A stretch of DNA of 64,000 bases from Octopus sinensis (lineage: Eukaryota). Below, piece after piece: positions 38,301 to 51,730 of this stretch; the first letter of the stretch is position 1; the number at the start of each line of letters is the position of its first letter. The stretch covers positions 21,638,001 through 21,702,000 of the forward strand of contig NC_043009.1 of the NCBI RefSeq assembly GCF_006345805.1, written 5' to 3'. The notes beneath the pieces are model-generated. The model did no database searches. It was not told the DNA's origin and saw only the letters and a list, made by a program, of their open reading frames with translations. The translations under genes and the position numbers were made by a program.

Positions 38301-40132
38301 ATTGCTTGAAGTCCCTGTAACTTAGCAGTTCAGCAAAAGTGACTGATAGAATAAGCACCTGCCACAAGAAGAATGAGTCCTGGAGTCAATTTGTTCGACC
38401 AAAGGCAGTGCTCCAGCATGGCCACAGTCATATGACTGAAACAAATAAAAGAGTAAAAGAGAGGCAGGTATTGCCATGCGGTTAAGAAGATCACTTTGTA
38501 ACCGAGTGGTTTCAGGCTCAGTCCCACTACAGGGCACCTTGAGCAAGGCAAGTATCTTTTACAATAGCCCTGAGCCAACCAATGCCATGTGAGTGAATTT
38601 GGTAGATGGAAACTGAGAATGAAAGAAGCTGTCGGATATATATATATATATATTATATATATATATATATAGTGCATGTTTGTGTATGAGAATGAGTGTT
38701 CAACATCACTGGGATTGATGTAATTGACTTAATCCGTTTGTCTGTCCTTGTTGTCCCCTCTGTGTTTAGCCCCTTGTGGGTAGTAAAGAAATATATATAT
38801 ATATATATATATATCATTGTCATCATCATTTAACATCCATCTTCTATGCATGCATGGGTAGGACAGTTCACTGGATCTGGCCTGGTAGAAAACTACCCTA
38901 TGTTACTGTGTCTATTTTGGCAGGGTTATCACAGCTGGATGCCCTTCCTAACACCAACCACTCTGCAGAGTGGACTCAATGCTTTTTATGTGGCACTAGC
39001 ACAGATGAAATTAGCTTTGGTGTGATTTTCACAACTAGATGCCCTTCCAAATGCCAACCACTCTTTTACTTGTTTGAGCCATTCGACTGTAGCCATACTG
39101 AAGCACTGCCTTAAAAGAGTTTTGTAGTTAAAGAAACCAACCCCAGAACTTATTCTTTGTAAGCCTAGTACTTTCTTTATTGGTCTCTTTTGCCGAACTA
39201 CTAAGTTATGGGAACATAGAGACACCAACATCAGTTGTCAAGCGATGGTGAGGGGTACAAACATAGATACAAAGATACACACACATAAATATATACATAT
39301 AGGCACAGGAGTGGTTGTGTGGTAAGTAGCTTGCTTACCAACCACATGGTTCTGGGTTCAGTCCCACTGTGTGGCACCTTGGGCAAGTGTCTTCTACTAT
39401 AACCTCAGGACAACCAAAGTCTTGTGAGTGGATCTAGTAGATAGAAACTGAAAGCAGCCTGTTATTTATATATATATATGTGTGTGTGTGTATATGTTTG
39501 TGTCTCTGTGTTTGTTCCCCAACCATTGCTTGACAACCAATGTTGGTGTGTTTAAGTCCCTATAACTTAGCGGTTCGGCAAAAGAAACCCAATGACTGAA
39601 ACAAATAAAAGTATGTATATATATAAAAGAAAAAGAAAATGGAGACTGGAAAGATATTATTTATTATAAACACCAAATTAATCATCATTCCTTACAGCTG
39701 TTTCAATTAATACTCAGTAAATATTAATTAAATTTCTATGGACTGAGCATAATATCTTCCCAATCTCCATTTTCTTTCTCTTCTTTTATATGAATATAAA
39801 CTCTATGTTTTTATATATATACCTATTATTTTAAATAAATTAATTCCCCAAAATACTAGATATTGAACCAATATGCCTTTGGATGAAACCATCCCTTTAT
39901 GAGGCTAACACAACCTCTAATCATATATATATATATATAAAGTTACAATGCGGAACAGTCATTTTAATGAGTTGTATTTATTTATCACCTGACAAGATAC
40001 ATCTACACCACCAGATGCTCCTGAACCAGTTGTTGAGTGTCCCACACAAGAGGAATCGATGCTAGATGTGTCGAAGCAATTGCCGTGATTAATAGTAAAT
40101 TCTTGTATGTTCCATCTTCTGTCTTTCATTTG

Positions 40133-40186
<54 letters not shown>

Positions 40187-40633
40187 GGTTTCTGTCAACC
40201 AAATCCACTTCCAAGGCTTTGGTCATCGCAAGGGTTTAGTATAAGAAATTTGCTCAAGGTGCCATGCAGTGGCATTGAATCCAGAACTGTGTGGTTGAGA
40301 ACCCAGCTTCTTACTACACTGTCACGCCTGCACATATGTATGTATGTGTGTATGATTCTATATTTGTTTGTCTCCTACCACTACTATTTGACAACCAGTG
40401 TTAGTTTGTTTATGTCCCTAAAACATATCAGTTCAGCAAAAGAGAATTGCATACATTTCTAAGAATATACAAATGTATATGCATGCTTGTACACACTCAT
40501 GTGCACTCATACAGACATAAAAACATGCATGCATATGTACACATATATACATAAACATGCAAATATATATATATATATATACTTATATAAATATATATAT
40601 ACATATACACATAAATATATAAATATATATATA

Positions 40634-41011
40634 CTAGCAGTATCGCCCGGCGTTGCTCAGGCTTGTAAGGGAAATAACTATAAAGCATTTTTAGAGAGTT
40701 ATAGCCAAAAAATAGCAAAAAAATGGGAAAAAAATGATGGTAATTTTTTTTGAGAGTAAAAAGGTGGAGTTGCGTCCCCTAGACGGTTCTGTGGTTGGAT
40801 TTCTGATTCTCGATCCCATGTCGAATTTATCGATTTTTTTCAGAACGGGGGAACTTTTCAAAATTTTCGCTGCGTTAGTTTTGAATTATGACATTGGGCT
40901 ATGTGTGTGTCAAGTTTCATCAGAATCGGTTGAAAGCCGTGGTCAGAGTGAGGGTACGAGAAAACAGACACACAGAAAACGCACAGACAAACTGCCGTTT
41001 ATATAGAGAGA
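40634..41011 (-). mobile_element. Short non-autonomous Helitron
   Basis: Minus strand A|TCTCTCTATATAAAC ... gagcaacgccgggcgatactgCTAG|T. Confidence 0.85.
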
Positions 41012-41270
41012 TATACATAAATACGTGTAAGCATATATATACATATATACATACATACATGCATATATATACACATACATAAAGCTAAATATACATATAG
41101 GCACAGGAGTGGCTGTGTGGTAAGTAGCTTGCTTACCAACCACATGGTTCTAGATTCAGTCCAATTGCATGGCACCTTGGGCAAGTGTCTTCTACTATAA
41201 CCTTGAGCCGACCAAAGCCTTGTGAGTGGATTTGGTAGACAGAAACTGAAAGAAGCCTATCATATATATG

Positions 41271-41303
<33 letters not shown>

Positions 41304-41955
41304 TTGTGTGCCTGTGTTTGTCCCCCTAACATTGCTTGACAACCAATGCTGGTGTGTTCACGTCCCCCATAACTTAGCAGTTCAGCAAAAGAGACCAACA
41401 GAATAAGTACTAGGCTTACAAAAAATAAGTCCTGGGGTCGATTTACTCAACTAAAGGTGGTGCTCCAGCATGGCTGCAGTCAAAATAACTGAGACAAATA
41501 AAAGAAAAAGAAAAAGAAAGGAATACACACCTAAACCACAGAATAAGTATCAGACTTTAAAAAAAGTAGTGGGGTCAATTTGTCTGACTAAAATCTCCAA
41601 CAATGTGTCCCAGCATGGTTGCAGTCCAATGACTGAAGCAAGCAAGAGATAAAAGATATCATATAACAGTGCACAAAACACACATACACACACTACATAT
41701 ACACAAACACATATAAATAGACATAACACAAACATGGTTTTTGGATTTAATTTATATATATATAATTTTTATTTTGATTGTACATTTTTGTAGATTTTTG
41801 TGTCTGTCAGAGATCCCAGAATACGGTAATAGATCGTAAAGGTATCATGTCCCCCCAAAATTGACAGAGGGGTATTCCACAGGTCTACCATGGGACAATT
41901 ACAAATGTTGTTAGACAACACATGCACACACACATACATACACACATAAGCACAC

Positions 41956-41996
<41 letters not shown>

Positions 41997-41998
<2 letters not shown>

Positions 41999-42218
41999 GG
42001 GTTGGCCAAAGTCACTGACAGTAAATAAAAACATTTAATTCCAAGATTATTTATGTTTAACTGAACAAATTTAATAAAAGCATCTAAATATGAAACATCA
42101 TGAAAATAGCTCAAACTGAAGTCCTTCTTGAGTGACACATTTTTCCATTCGAGTCAATATAGAATTACATATAGTATTTATGGGATTTTGATTTATTATT
42201 GTCAGTTGGCTAACCCTG
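41997..42218. mobile_element. ~220-bp Tc1/mariner-type MITE
   Basis: TA-flanked termini agggttggccaaagtcactgac / gtcagttggctaaccctg. Confidence 0.7.
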
Positions 42219-42283
42219 TATATATATATAATATACATATATATATATAATATATATATATTTATATATATATATATATATAT

Positions 42284-42361
<78 letters not shown>

Positions 42362-42362
42362 A

Positions 42363-42443
<81 letters not shown>

Positions 42444-42518
42444 TATATAATATAATATATATATATATATATTTTATATATATATATATTATATATATAT
42501 ATATTATATATATAGATA

Positions 42519-42608
<90 letters not shown>

Positions 42609-42625
42609 ATATATATATATATAGT

Positions 42626-42703
<78 letters not shown>

Positions 42704-42945
42704 TTATATAATATATATATATATATTATATATATATTTTATTAATATATATTATATATATATATATAATATATATTTATATATAGATATATATATTATA
42801 TATATTATATATAAATATATATATATATTATATTATATATATAATATTATATATATATATTATATATATATATATATATTATATATATATATATATATAA
42901 TTTTATATATATATATATATATAATATATTATATATAATATATAT

Positions 42946-42977
<32 letters not shown>

Positions 42978-43027
42978 ATATATATATTTAATATATATAT
43001 ATATATATATTTATATATTATATATAT

Positions 43028-43093
<66 letters not shown>

Positions 43094-43138
43094 ATTATAT
43101 ATATATATAAAATATATTATATATATTTATATATATAT

Positions 43139-43172
<34 letters not shown>

Positions 43173-43217
43173 TATATATTTATTATATTATATTATATAT
43201 CTATATATATAATTATA

Positions 43218-43266
<49 letters not shown>

Positions 43267-43281
43267 TAATATATATATATA

Positions 43282-43324
<43 letters not shown>

Positions 43325-43325
43325 G

Positions 43326-43371
<46 letters not shown>

Positions 43372-43456
43372 ATATATATAATCTATATTATATAATATAA
43401 TATATATATATATATATATATTATATTTATATATATATATATATTATATATATTAA

Positions 43457-43488
<32 letters not shown>

Positions 43489-43569
43489 ATTTATATAATA
43501 TATATATATATTATATATATATATATATTATATATATATTATATATATATTATATATATATTATATATT

Positions 43570-43621
<52 letters not shown>

Positions 43622-43749
43622 ATAATATATATTTTATATATATATATTTATATATAATATATATATATTATATATATATTGATATATTATATAATATTTA
43701 TATATATTTATATAGATATATATTTATATATATATATATATATAATATT

Positions 43750-43826
<77 letters not shown>

Positions 43827-43947
43827 ATATATTTATATATCTTAATATATTATATTTATATATATATATATATATATTATATATACATATATATATATAT
43901 TATATATATCTATAGATATATATTTATATATTATATATATATATATT

Positions 43948-43980
<33 letters not shown>

Positions 43981-44104
43981 ATTTATCTATATATATATAT
44001 ATTTATATATATATATAATATTTATATATATAATATATATATATTTATATATATATATTTATATATATATATATTATATATATTTTATATATATATATAT
44101 ATTT

Positions 44105-44139
<35 letters not shown>

Positions 44140-44206
44140 ATATTATATTATAATATATATATTATTTATATATATATAATAATTTATATATATATATTAT
44201 ATATAT

Positions 44207-44259
<53 letters not shown>

Positions 44260-44315
44260 TATATATATATTTATATATATATATATATTATATTTATCTA
44301 TATATATTATATATT

Positions 44316-44362
<47 letters not shown>

Positions 44363-44726
44363 ATATTATATATAATATATTATATATTATATATATTATA
44401 TATATATATTTATATATATTTATATATATATTATATATATAATATATATATTTATATATATATATATATAATATATATATATATATAATATTATATATAT
44501 ATATTTATAATAGGATATATATATTTATATATATATATATATATATAATATATATATTTATCTATATATATATATATTTATATATTATATATATATATTT
44601 ATATATATATATATATATTTATATATAATATATATATATATTTATATATATATATATATATATAGTTATATATAATATATTATATTATATATTTATATAT
44701 ATATATATCATATATATATATTATAT

Positions 44727-44770
<44 letters not shown>

Positions 44771-44778
44771 ATATATAT
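42219..44778. repeat. ~2.56-kb almost pure A/T, (AT)n-derived tract
   Basis: Directly visible. Confidence 0.95.
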
Positions 44779-44779
44779 G

Positions 44780-44906
44780 CAGGGTTAGCCAACTGACATA
44801 AATAAATCAAATCCCATAAATACTATATGTAATTCTATATTGACTCAAATGGAAAAATGTGTCACTCAAGAAGGACTTCAGTTTGAGCTATTTTCATGAT
44901 GTTCCA
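44780..44906. repeat. Inverted partial copy of the MITE right half (42092-42218)
   Basis: cagggttagccaactgaca...ttttcatgatgttcca is the reverse complement with a few mismatches. Confidence 0.9.
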
Positions 44907-44924
44907 TATATATATTTATATACA

Positions 44925-45308
44925 TCTCTCTCTATATAAACGGCAGTTTGTCTGTGTGTGTTTCTGTGTGTCTGTTTTCTCGTACCCTCACCCTGACCAC
45001 GGCTTTCAACCGATTCTGATGAAACTTGACACACACATAGCCCAATGTCATAATTCAAAACTAACGCAGCGAAAATTTTGAAAAGTTCCCCCAGTTCTGA
45101 AAAAATCGATAAATTCGACATGGGGTCGAGAATCAGAAACCCAAACCACAGACCGTCTAGGGCGACACAACTCCACCTTTTTTAACTCTCAAAAAAATTT
45201 ACCATAATTTTTTTTCCATTTCTTTGCTATTTTTTGGCTATAACTCTCTAAAAATGCTTTATAGTTATTTCCCTTACAAACCTGAGCAACGCCGGGCGAT
45301 ACTGCTAG
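44925..45308 (+). mobile_element. Short non-autonomous Helitron, same family as 40634-41011
   Basis: A|TCTCTCTCTATATAAAC ... gagcaacgccgggcgatactgCTAG|T. Confidence 0.85.
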
Positions 45309-45543
45309 TATATATATAATTAAAGTCAAAATGAGGGTGAAAAAATTGGATATTAATTTAATAACATCAATTTAAACACCATGTAGCCTAATGTATAAAA
45401 GATTAAGATTCAGTAAATATTATTAATACACAACTAGGGCATTTGAATGTAACTGTGAATATAATCAGCCAAACTGTTCATCTCTCTCTAACCTCGTGTT
45501 GATATTTGCAGTGCAGTTTGACAAATTATATATTTTTGACGTA

Positions 45544-45617
45544 CTCCACTGAAGATTCGTAGATATTTATGTAAGTAAAATTACATAATTTATTAACGAT
45601 GAAACAATTGTATGGGG
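45544..45617 (+). ncRNA. Type-I hammerhead ribozyme (CUGAAGA variant)
   Basis: CUCCA-CUGAAGA-UUCGU...ACGAU-GAAAC-AAUU-GUA^-UGGGG. Confidence 0.8.
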
Positions 45618-46080
45618 TTAATCTATATTTTCGTTAATTTTCATTTGTCCTGCTCGCTTACGTTCTTGGTGTGTTGAATTATTTCTTGAGAACAATTCTT
45701 AGTGGTGGATTCCCTTTGCGGATCTATATCTAGCGTAAGAGCGTCCACATAGTGGATTCTCTCTTATAGTTGTGTATTAATAATATTTACTGAATCTCAG
45801 TCTTTTATACGCTAGGCCACTTGGTGTTTAAATTGATGTTATTAAATTAATATCCAATTTTTTCACCCTCATTTTGACTTTAATTATAAATTAATATGTT
45901 CTCAAACCGGCGTAAACTACTGCAGTAAATTACTTATGCAGTATTTATATCCGGGAATTTAGCGCGCCAGAACGAGGGCATTTGAATGTAACTGTGAATA
46001 TAATCGGCCAAACTGTTCGTCTCTCTCTAACCTCGTGTTGATATTTGCCGTGCAGTTCGACAAATTATATTTTTGACGTA

Positions 46081-46154
46081 CTCCACTGAAGATTTGTAGA
46101 TATTTATGTAAGTAAAATTACATAATTTATTAACGATGAAACAATTGTATGGGG
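46081..46154 (+). ncRNA. Type-I hammerhead ribozyme, second tandem copy
   Basis: CUCCA-CUGAAGA-UUUGU...ACGAU-GAAAC-AAUU-GUA^-UGGGG, 537 nt downstream of the first. Confidence 0.78.
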
Positions 46155-46502
46155 TTAATCTATATTTTCGTTATTTTTCATTTGTCCTGCTCGCTTACGT
46201 TCTTGGTGTGTTGAATTATTTCTTGAGAACAATACTTAGTGGTGGATTCCCTTTGCGGATCTATATCTAGCGTAAGAGCGTCCATATAGTTGTGTATTAA
46301 TTATATATATATTAGTGTGTGTGTGTGTGTATGTATATATATATATATTATCTATATATATATATATGTATGTATATATATATATGTATATATATATATG
46401 TATATATATATGTATGTATATATATATATGTATATATATATATGTATAAGTGTATATATATATGTGTATATATATATATATATGTGCGTATATATATATG
46501 TA

Positions 46503-46559
<57 letters not shown>

Positions 46560-46596
46560 CAAATGAAATAAATGAAAAACAAGACGCAAAGGATGT

Positions 46597-46691
46597 TGCA
46601 GTACATATGTTTCGGGCTTTATAGAACAACTTATTCTTACATCAATGCATAATCGATATAACAGATAGATCAAAAACCTTCTTCAGCCGCA
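46597..46691 (-). ncRNA. Type-I hammerhead ribozyme of a second family, with long helix II
   Basis: Minus strand UGCGG-CUGAAGA-AGGUUUU...AAAGCCC-GAAAC-AUAU-GUA^-CUGCA. Confidence 0.7.
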
Positions 46692-47056
46692 TGCCATTGC
46701 TACACCAAAGACTTGTATCACATTATAAAAGGTTTGAGAAAAAACCGAGTATCATTGGGAAAGTATGTTTGTAAATCTTCATAGGCGTACATGGTATTAT
46801 TAGACTCCAAAACAAATCGTCCATACCGTTTTTTCACTCGATATAGAATAAATACTGGGTAGGTTACTTCATATAAGGGAAGGAATTGGATGTTGAGAGA
46901 AAGAGGAAAGGAGGGGAAGGGGATGAAACTTTAATGAAGTTGGGATCACAAAAAAGAAAATATATATAAATGTAAACATAATTATAAAGGATAATTATAA
47001 ATATAAAATATAATAAAAAATATAATAAAAAGTAAAGATGTAAAAATATAAGTATA

Positions 47057-47887
47057 CTAGCAGAATTGCCCGGCGTTGCCCAGGGCTGAATTGCTTGAAA
47101 CTACTGTTAATGATTGCACTGAATTATGATGATTATTCAGGCAAATATTGATATAAGTTTACGGTGGGAGATAAGGACTTAACGATCAAACGTGTGCCAT
47201 TGCATTGTTTTGGGGGAACCAAATTTCTGATGAGCATTATAGGGGCACCAACTTTAAGTTTGAGAAAGTGTGGTGGTAGTCCGGGGCTCAAAGGATTGAG
47301 TACCTCTATTGGATAGTTGATGACGTCCTCTGGGTCAGGAGTTGTATCGATAGACTGATATACATAGACTTCCCCAGGAATGAGTTTTAGCATTTCATCA
47401 TTAATATGGTGAACAGTTTTATTCCTCGGGGCCAGTATAGCCTTTTTGCCAATCCAATCCATATTCTGATAATTAGCTTGTAGATCTGGGAACACTGCAT
47501 CTCTGAGATCAGAAGGTGTCTTAACAATGGTACAAATGGAATCGATGGCAATATTACCATTTTCATCCCCTGGTATTTTGCCTTCGCCAAGTGCAAGGAG
47601 GGTGTGAGGAAATGCTGCTGATGTGATATTACGTCACATATGAGCACGCATATTGGTGTGAAGTTTGAGAGTTACTTCCCTTTATTTAAAAAAATATGCA
47701 TTAAAATGGAAAAAAATGATGGTAAATTATTTGTAAAATCGTAGACGCGCGCTAATACCCAGAAGGGCTCGATATGAATCACGACTATAAGATACCTGGT
47801 TTTGGTCAAACTGCATCGCAAAATGTGGGAGTAGTTAGGAATCTAAATCGGAGTAGAGAGACACACAACCTTTCTTTTATATATAAA
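47057..47887 (-). mobile_element. Internally deleted Helitron retaining a PIF1-type helicase fragment (~47140-47690)
   Basis: AILAPRN..VYQSID..PGLPPHFLKLKVGAPIMLIRNL...CNGTRLIV; 3' hairpin gggcaacgccggg then CTAG at 47057-47060; 5' end approximate. Confidence 0.88.
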
Positions 47888-47888
47888 T

Positions 47889-48572
47889 ATTTTCGTCCTA
47901 AAAAACTTTGTATGGATTGAATGGTTACCTCTATGGAAATATATACACGCACATTATACATACATGTGTGTATAGATGAATATATAAATACATTTAAATA
48001 TCTATATACACTTTTGGGCGATCTTTCTGTTTCTTAGAGATAACTTTAGATCTTATTTTCGTCCTAAAAAACTTTGTATGGAGTGAATGGTTACCTCTAT
48101 GGAAATATATACACACACATTATACATACATCTGTGTATAGATGAATATATAAATACATTTAAATATCTATATACACTTTTGGGCGATCTTTGTGCTACT
48201 TAGAGATAACTTTAGATCTTATATTCGTCCTAAAAAACTTTGTGCGGAGTGAATGGTTACGACTATGGAAATATATACACACACATTATACATACATCTG
48301 TGTATAGATGAATATATAAATACATTTAAACATCTATATACACTTTTGGGCGATCTTTCTGCTACTTGGATATACTTTAGATCTTATATTCGTCCTAAAA
48401 AACTTTGTATGGAGTGAAAGGTTACCTCTATGGAAATATATACACACACATTATACATACATCTGTGTATAGATGAATATATAAATACATTTAAATATCT
48501 ATATACACTTTTGGGCGATCTTTCTGCTACTTGGATATACTTTAGATCTTATATTCGTCCTAAAAAACTTTC
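47889..48572 (+). repeat. About four copies of a 165-166-bp tandem repeat
   Basis: ttcgtcctaaaaaact starts at 47892, 48058, 48224, 48389 and 48554. Confidence 0.92.
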
Positions 48573-49889
48573 CTGTCACACACTCACACACACACACCCT
48601 CACACACACATACACGCACACACACACTCACACACACACGTTAGCTTACAATTTTATTTATATATTTGCGTGTCTATGTGTGTAAAGAGGAAGTGAGAAT
48701 GCAGAGAGAAAGAGTGAAATGGTAAAATATTTAGTTTTCTCGAATTTTTTCTGAAATGGGGGTGAAATTGAAAGAAATTTTGTATGCCATGACCGAATGG
48801 AAGTACTTTGAAAAATCATAGGTAAACTCTAATTGAAGAAATTGTGTGAGGAGTAAATCGTTATGTATTTATTTGTTTCTGATTGCTGTGTTGTTTTTTT
48901 TTTTGAGTAGTGGTTTAAGGTACACTTCTCTCATTTTATATAAATACTTTCACTTTAATGGTTGCACACTTGTAAAGAGAAAGGAGGAGAAATTAGGGTG
49001 ATAGCATCAGTGAAGCAGTTCGCTCCGTTGGTGTGTGTGTGCTGTAGCCCACACTAAGAAAAGCACTTCACTTACACACCACAATGTGAGTTTTCTCGAA
49101 ATTTTGCTTAATTGGGGTTGAAATTTTAAAAACTGGACCTGGCACGACCCGATGTATTCTACTCTTAAAAATGCTAGGTAAATTGTAATTGAAGAAATCC
49201 TATATTGTAGATTTCTATAAGAGACAAAGGGAGGCAGATAAAATCTGCCTTTTATAAGAGATAAAGATACAAAGGACGGCAAGTATAGGGTTATAAATTC
49301 TAGAAATGTATTGTGAAAGTGTAAAAGGTACAAAAAATAAAGGGTAAAAAATAAAATAAAACAAAGAATAAACAGTAAAAAATAAAATAAAAAATAAATA
49401 AAAAGGTAAAAAAATGAAAGTAAAGATAAAGTGAGATAAAGATAAAGAGATACAAAAGAATACACAGCGGTTAGAGATTGCTGTGGTGAGTGTCGGAAAT
49501 TATTTTTAATTATCCGGTGGGGGGGGGAGATGGGTGAGGAGCGATATAGTAGTAGGCGAATGGTCAGTTAATTAGCAGTCCCAAGCTACATGCTCTAAAT
49601 ACATTTTGTCTGTGTGTACGTGTGTGTCTACATACTTACCCACTCTCACATATATAAATGTGTCAAGTGCATCTGGTGATAGTCCGGAAGTTGGTGTTAT
49701 TATACAGCCCATGTCATCCTCAATCAACATATACATATATATATATATATACATATATATACATACACATATACCACACACACATACACATATATATATA
49801 TACATACACATACACAAATCTACATATATAGATATATATATACATACACACACATGCTGTGAGTCAATGGGCAGATAGAAACAAAATGC

Positions 49890-50712
49890 AACTGAATGAG
49901 GGAAAATTTGAGCTGATGCATTTTGGAAGTAATTCCTCACTAAAACAACCATACTCTCTTCCTTCAGGGGAACCACTCACAGTCTCAGAGACCTGGGTGT
50001 AATTGTTGATGACGATCTCAGTTGGAGTGCACACATCAACGAGAAGGTCAATATAGCTCGTAGGATGAGTTCCTGGATCTTAAGAACTTTCCGGTCCAGA
50101 GAACAAGGTGTCATCATACCACTTTCTTCCTCCTTTGTACGGCCACACCTTGAATACTGCTGCCCACTGTGGTCTCCCCATACAAGACAAGACATCTCCA
50201 GAATTGAGTCACCCCAGAGGACACTCACTAAACGAATTGAAGGCATGGCTGCTCTCGATTATTGGGATCGCCTTAAAGCCTTGAAACTTTACTCCCTCCA
50301 GCGTCGCCGTGCGCGGTACATCATTTGTACGATGTGGAGAATATACCGCCAACTTTGCCCAAACGACCTTAACATTAGCTTCAAGGTTCATCCAAGACTG
50401 GGACCATGAGCCACACGTCCCCTGCCCAATTCAAAATCACAACATACTGCAACATAATTTCTTTTCCTCAACAGGCCCTGCCCTATTTAACATTGTCCCG
50501 AGGGAGATCAAAGAGGAAAAGGATCTAATCAACTTTAAACGGAGTCTGGATAGATTCCTTCAAAGAACACCAGATAAGCCACCCATAATTGGATACAACT
50601 CACCCAACAAGAACTCACTACTTGAACAAAACTTGACTTAAACAGGATTCGAATAATCCTATCAGGTGGTGCTATTAAGTTAGACATGGCCTGGACCAAT
50701 CTTTGGTTTAAA
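49890..50712 (+). mobile_element. 5'-truncated CR1-clade LINE (RT C-terminus and 3' UTR)
   Basis: DLGVIVDDDLSW; WILRTFRSRE..FVRPHLEYCCPLWSP..RLKALKLYSLQRRR. Confidence 0.88.
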
Positions 50713-50826
50713 CATATCTAAGTTTATATATATATATATACATACACACAAAAAACGCATACACATACATACAAGTACCTACATATACACGCACGTATAT
50801 ACACACACACACATAAGTAAGTATAT

Positions 50827-50861
<35 letters not shown>

Positions 50862-51730
50862 CGCACACATATATACATATATATACACAGACAGATACAC
50901 ACACACACACATATATATATATACACATACACACATACACATACACATGCATACACACACGTGTATATATAATACATGCATATAAACACATATACATATT
51001 GTACATACACACACAGATACACATACATATACCTACATATATACATATACACATATGGGCAAACACATTCATATGGCCCCCACCTATATACGCATACATA
51101 TACAAAATTACACATATGCATTTGCAATGCATCCATACATACAAGTATACGCACTCATACATGTACATATCTACGTGCCCATACATTCTCGAATCTGCAG
51201 GCTGACGCGTGTACATTTGCTTTCATTTTGCGATTTTTAAAATTTTTTATTTATTTTTTAAAATTTTTTATTCTTTGTTTTATTTTATTTTTTACCCTTT
51301 ATTTTTTGTACCTTTTACACTTTCACAATACATTTCTAGTTTTTATAAACCTATACTTGACGTCCTTTGTATCTTTATATACTTATATTTTTACATCTTT
51401 ACTTTTTATTATATTTTATATTTATTATTATCCTTTATAATTATGTTTATATTTATATATATTTTCTTTTTTGTGATACCAACTTCATTAAAGTTTCATC
51501 CCCTTCCCCTCCTTTCCTCTTTCTCTCAACATCCAATTCCTTCCCTTATATGAAGTAACCTACCCAGTATTCATTCTATATCAAGTGAAAAAACGGTATG
51601 GACGATTTGTTTTGGAGTCTAATAATACCATGTACGCCTATGAAGATTTACAAACATACTTTCCCAATGATACTCGGTTTTTTCTCAAACCTTTTATAAT
51701 GTGATACAAGTTTTGGTGTAGCAATGACAC

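Larger units (their letters stand above)
45318..46300 (+). mobile_element. Tandem hammerhead-containing retrozyme/Penelope-like repeat: two ~330-bp direct repeats plus an inverted 5' extension
   Basis: agggcatttgaatgtaactgtg starts at 45436 and 45975; 45318-45436 is the inverse of ~45767-45885. Confidence 0.78.
46552..49400 (-). mobile_element. Penelope-like non-coding repeat (46552-47056 plus ~49230-49400), split by a Helitron and other inserts; opposite-orientation copy at ~51240-51870
   Basis: 46552-47056 is the reverse complement of ~51370-51870 and ~49250-49380 of ~51240-51370; carries a hammerhead motif. Confidence 0.65.

Noticed and set aside
39685-39770. Hammerhead half-motif on the minus strand (GAAAC-AGCT-GTA-AGGAA)
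   Set aside because: Palindromic helix III is present, but no CUGANGA with a complementary helix I strand; at most a decayed remnant
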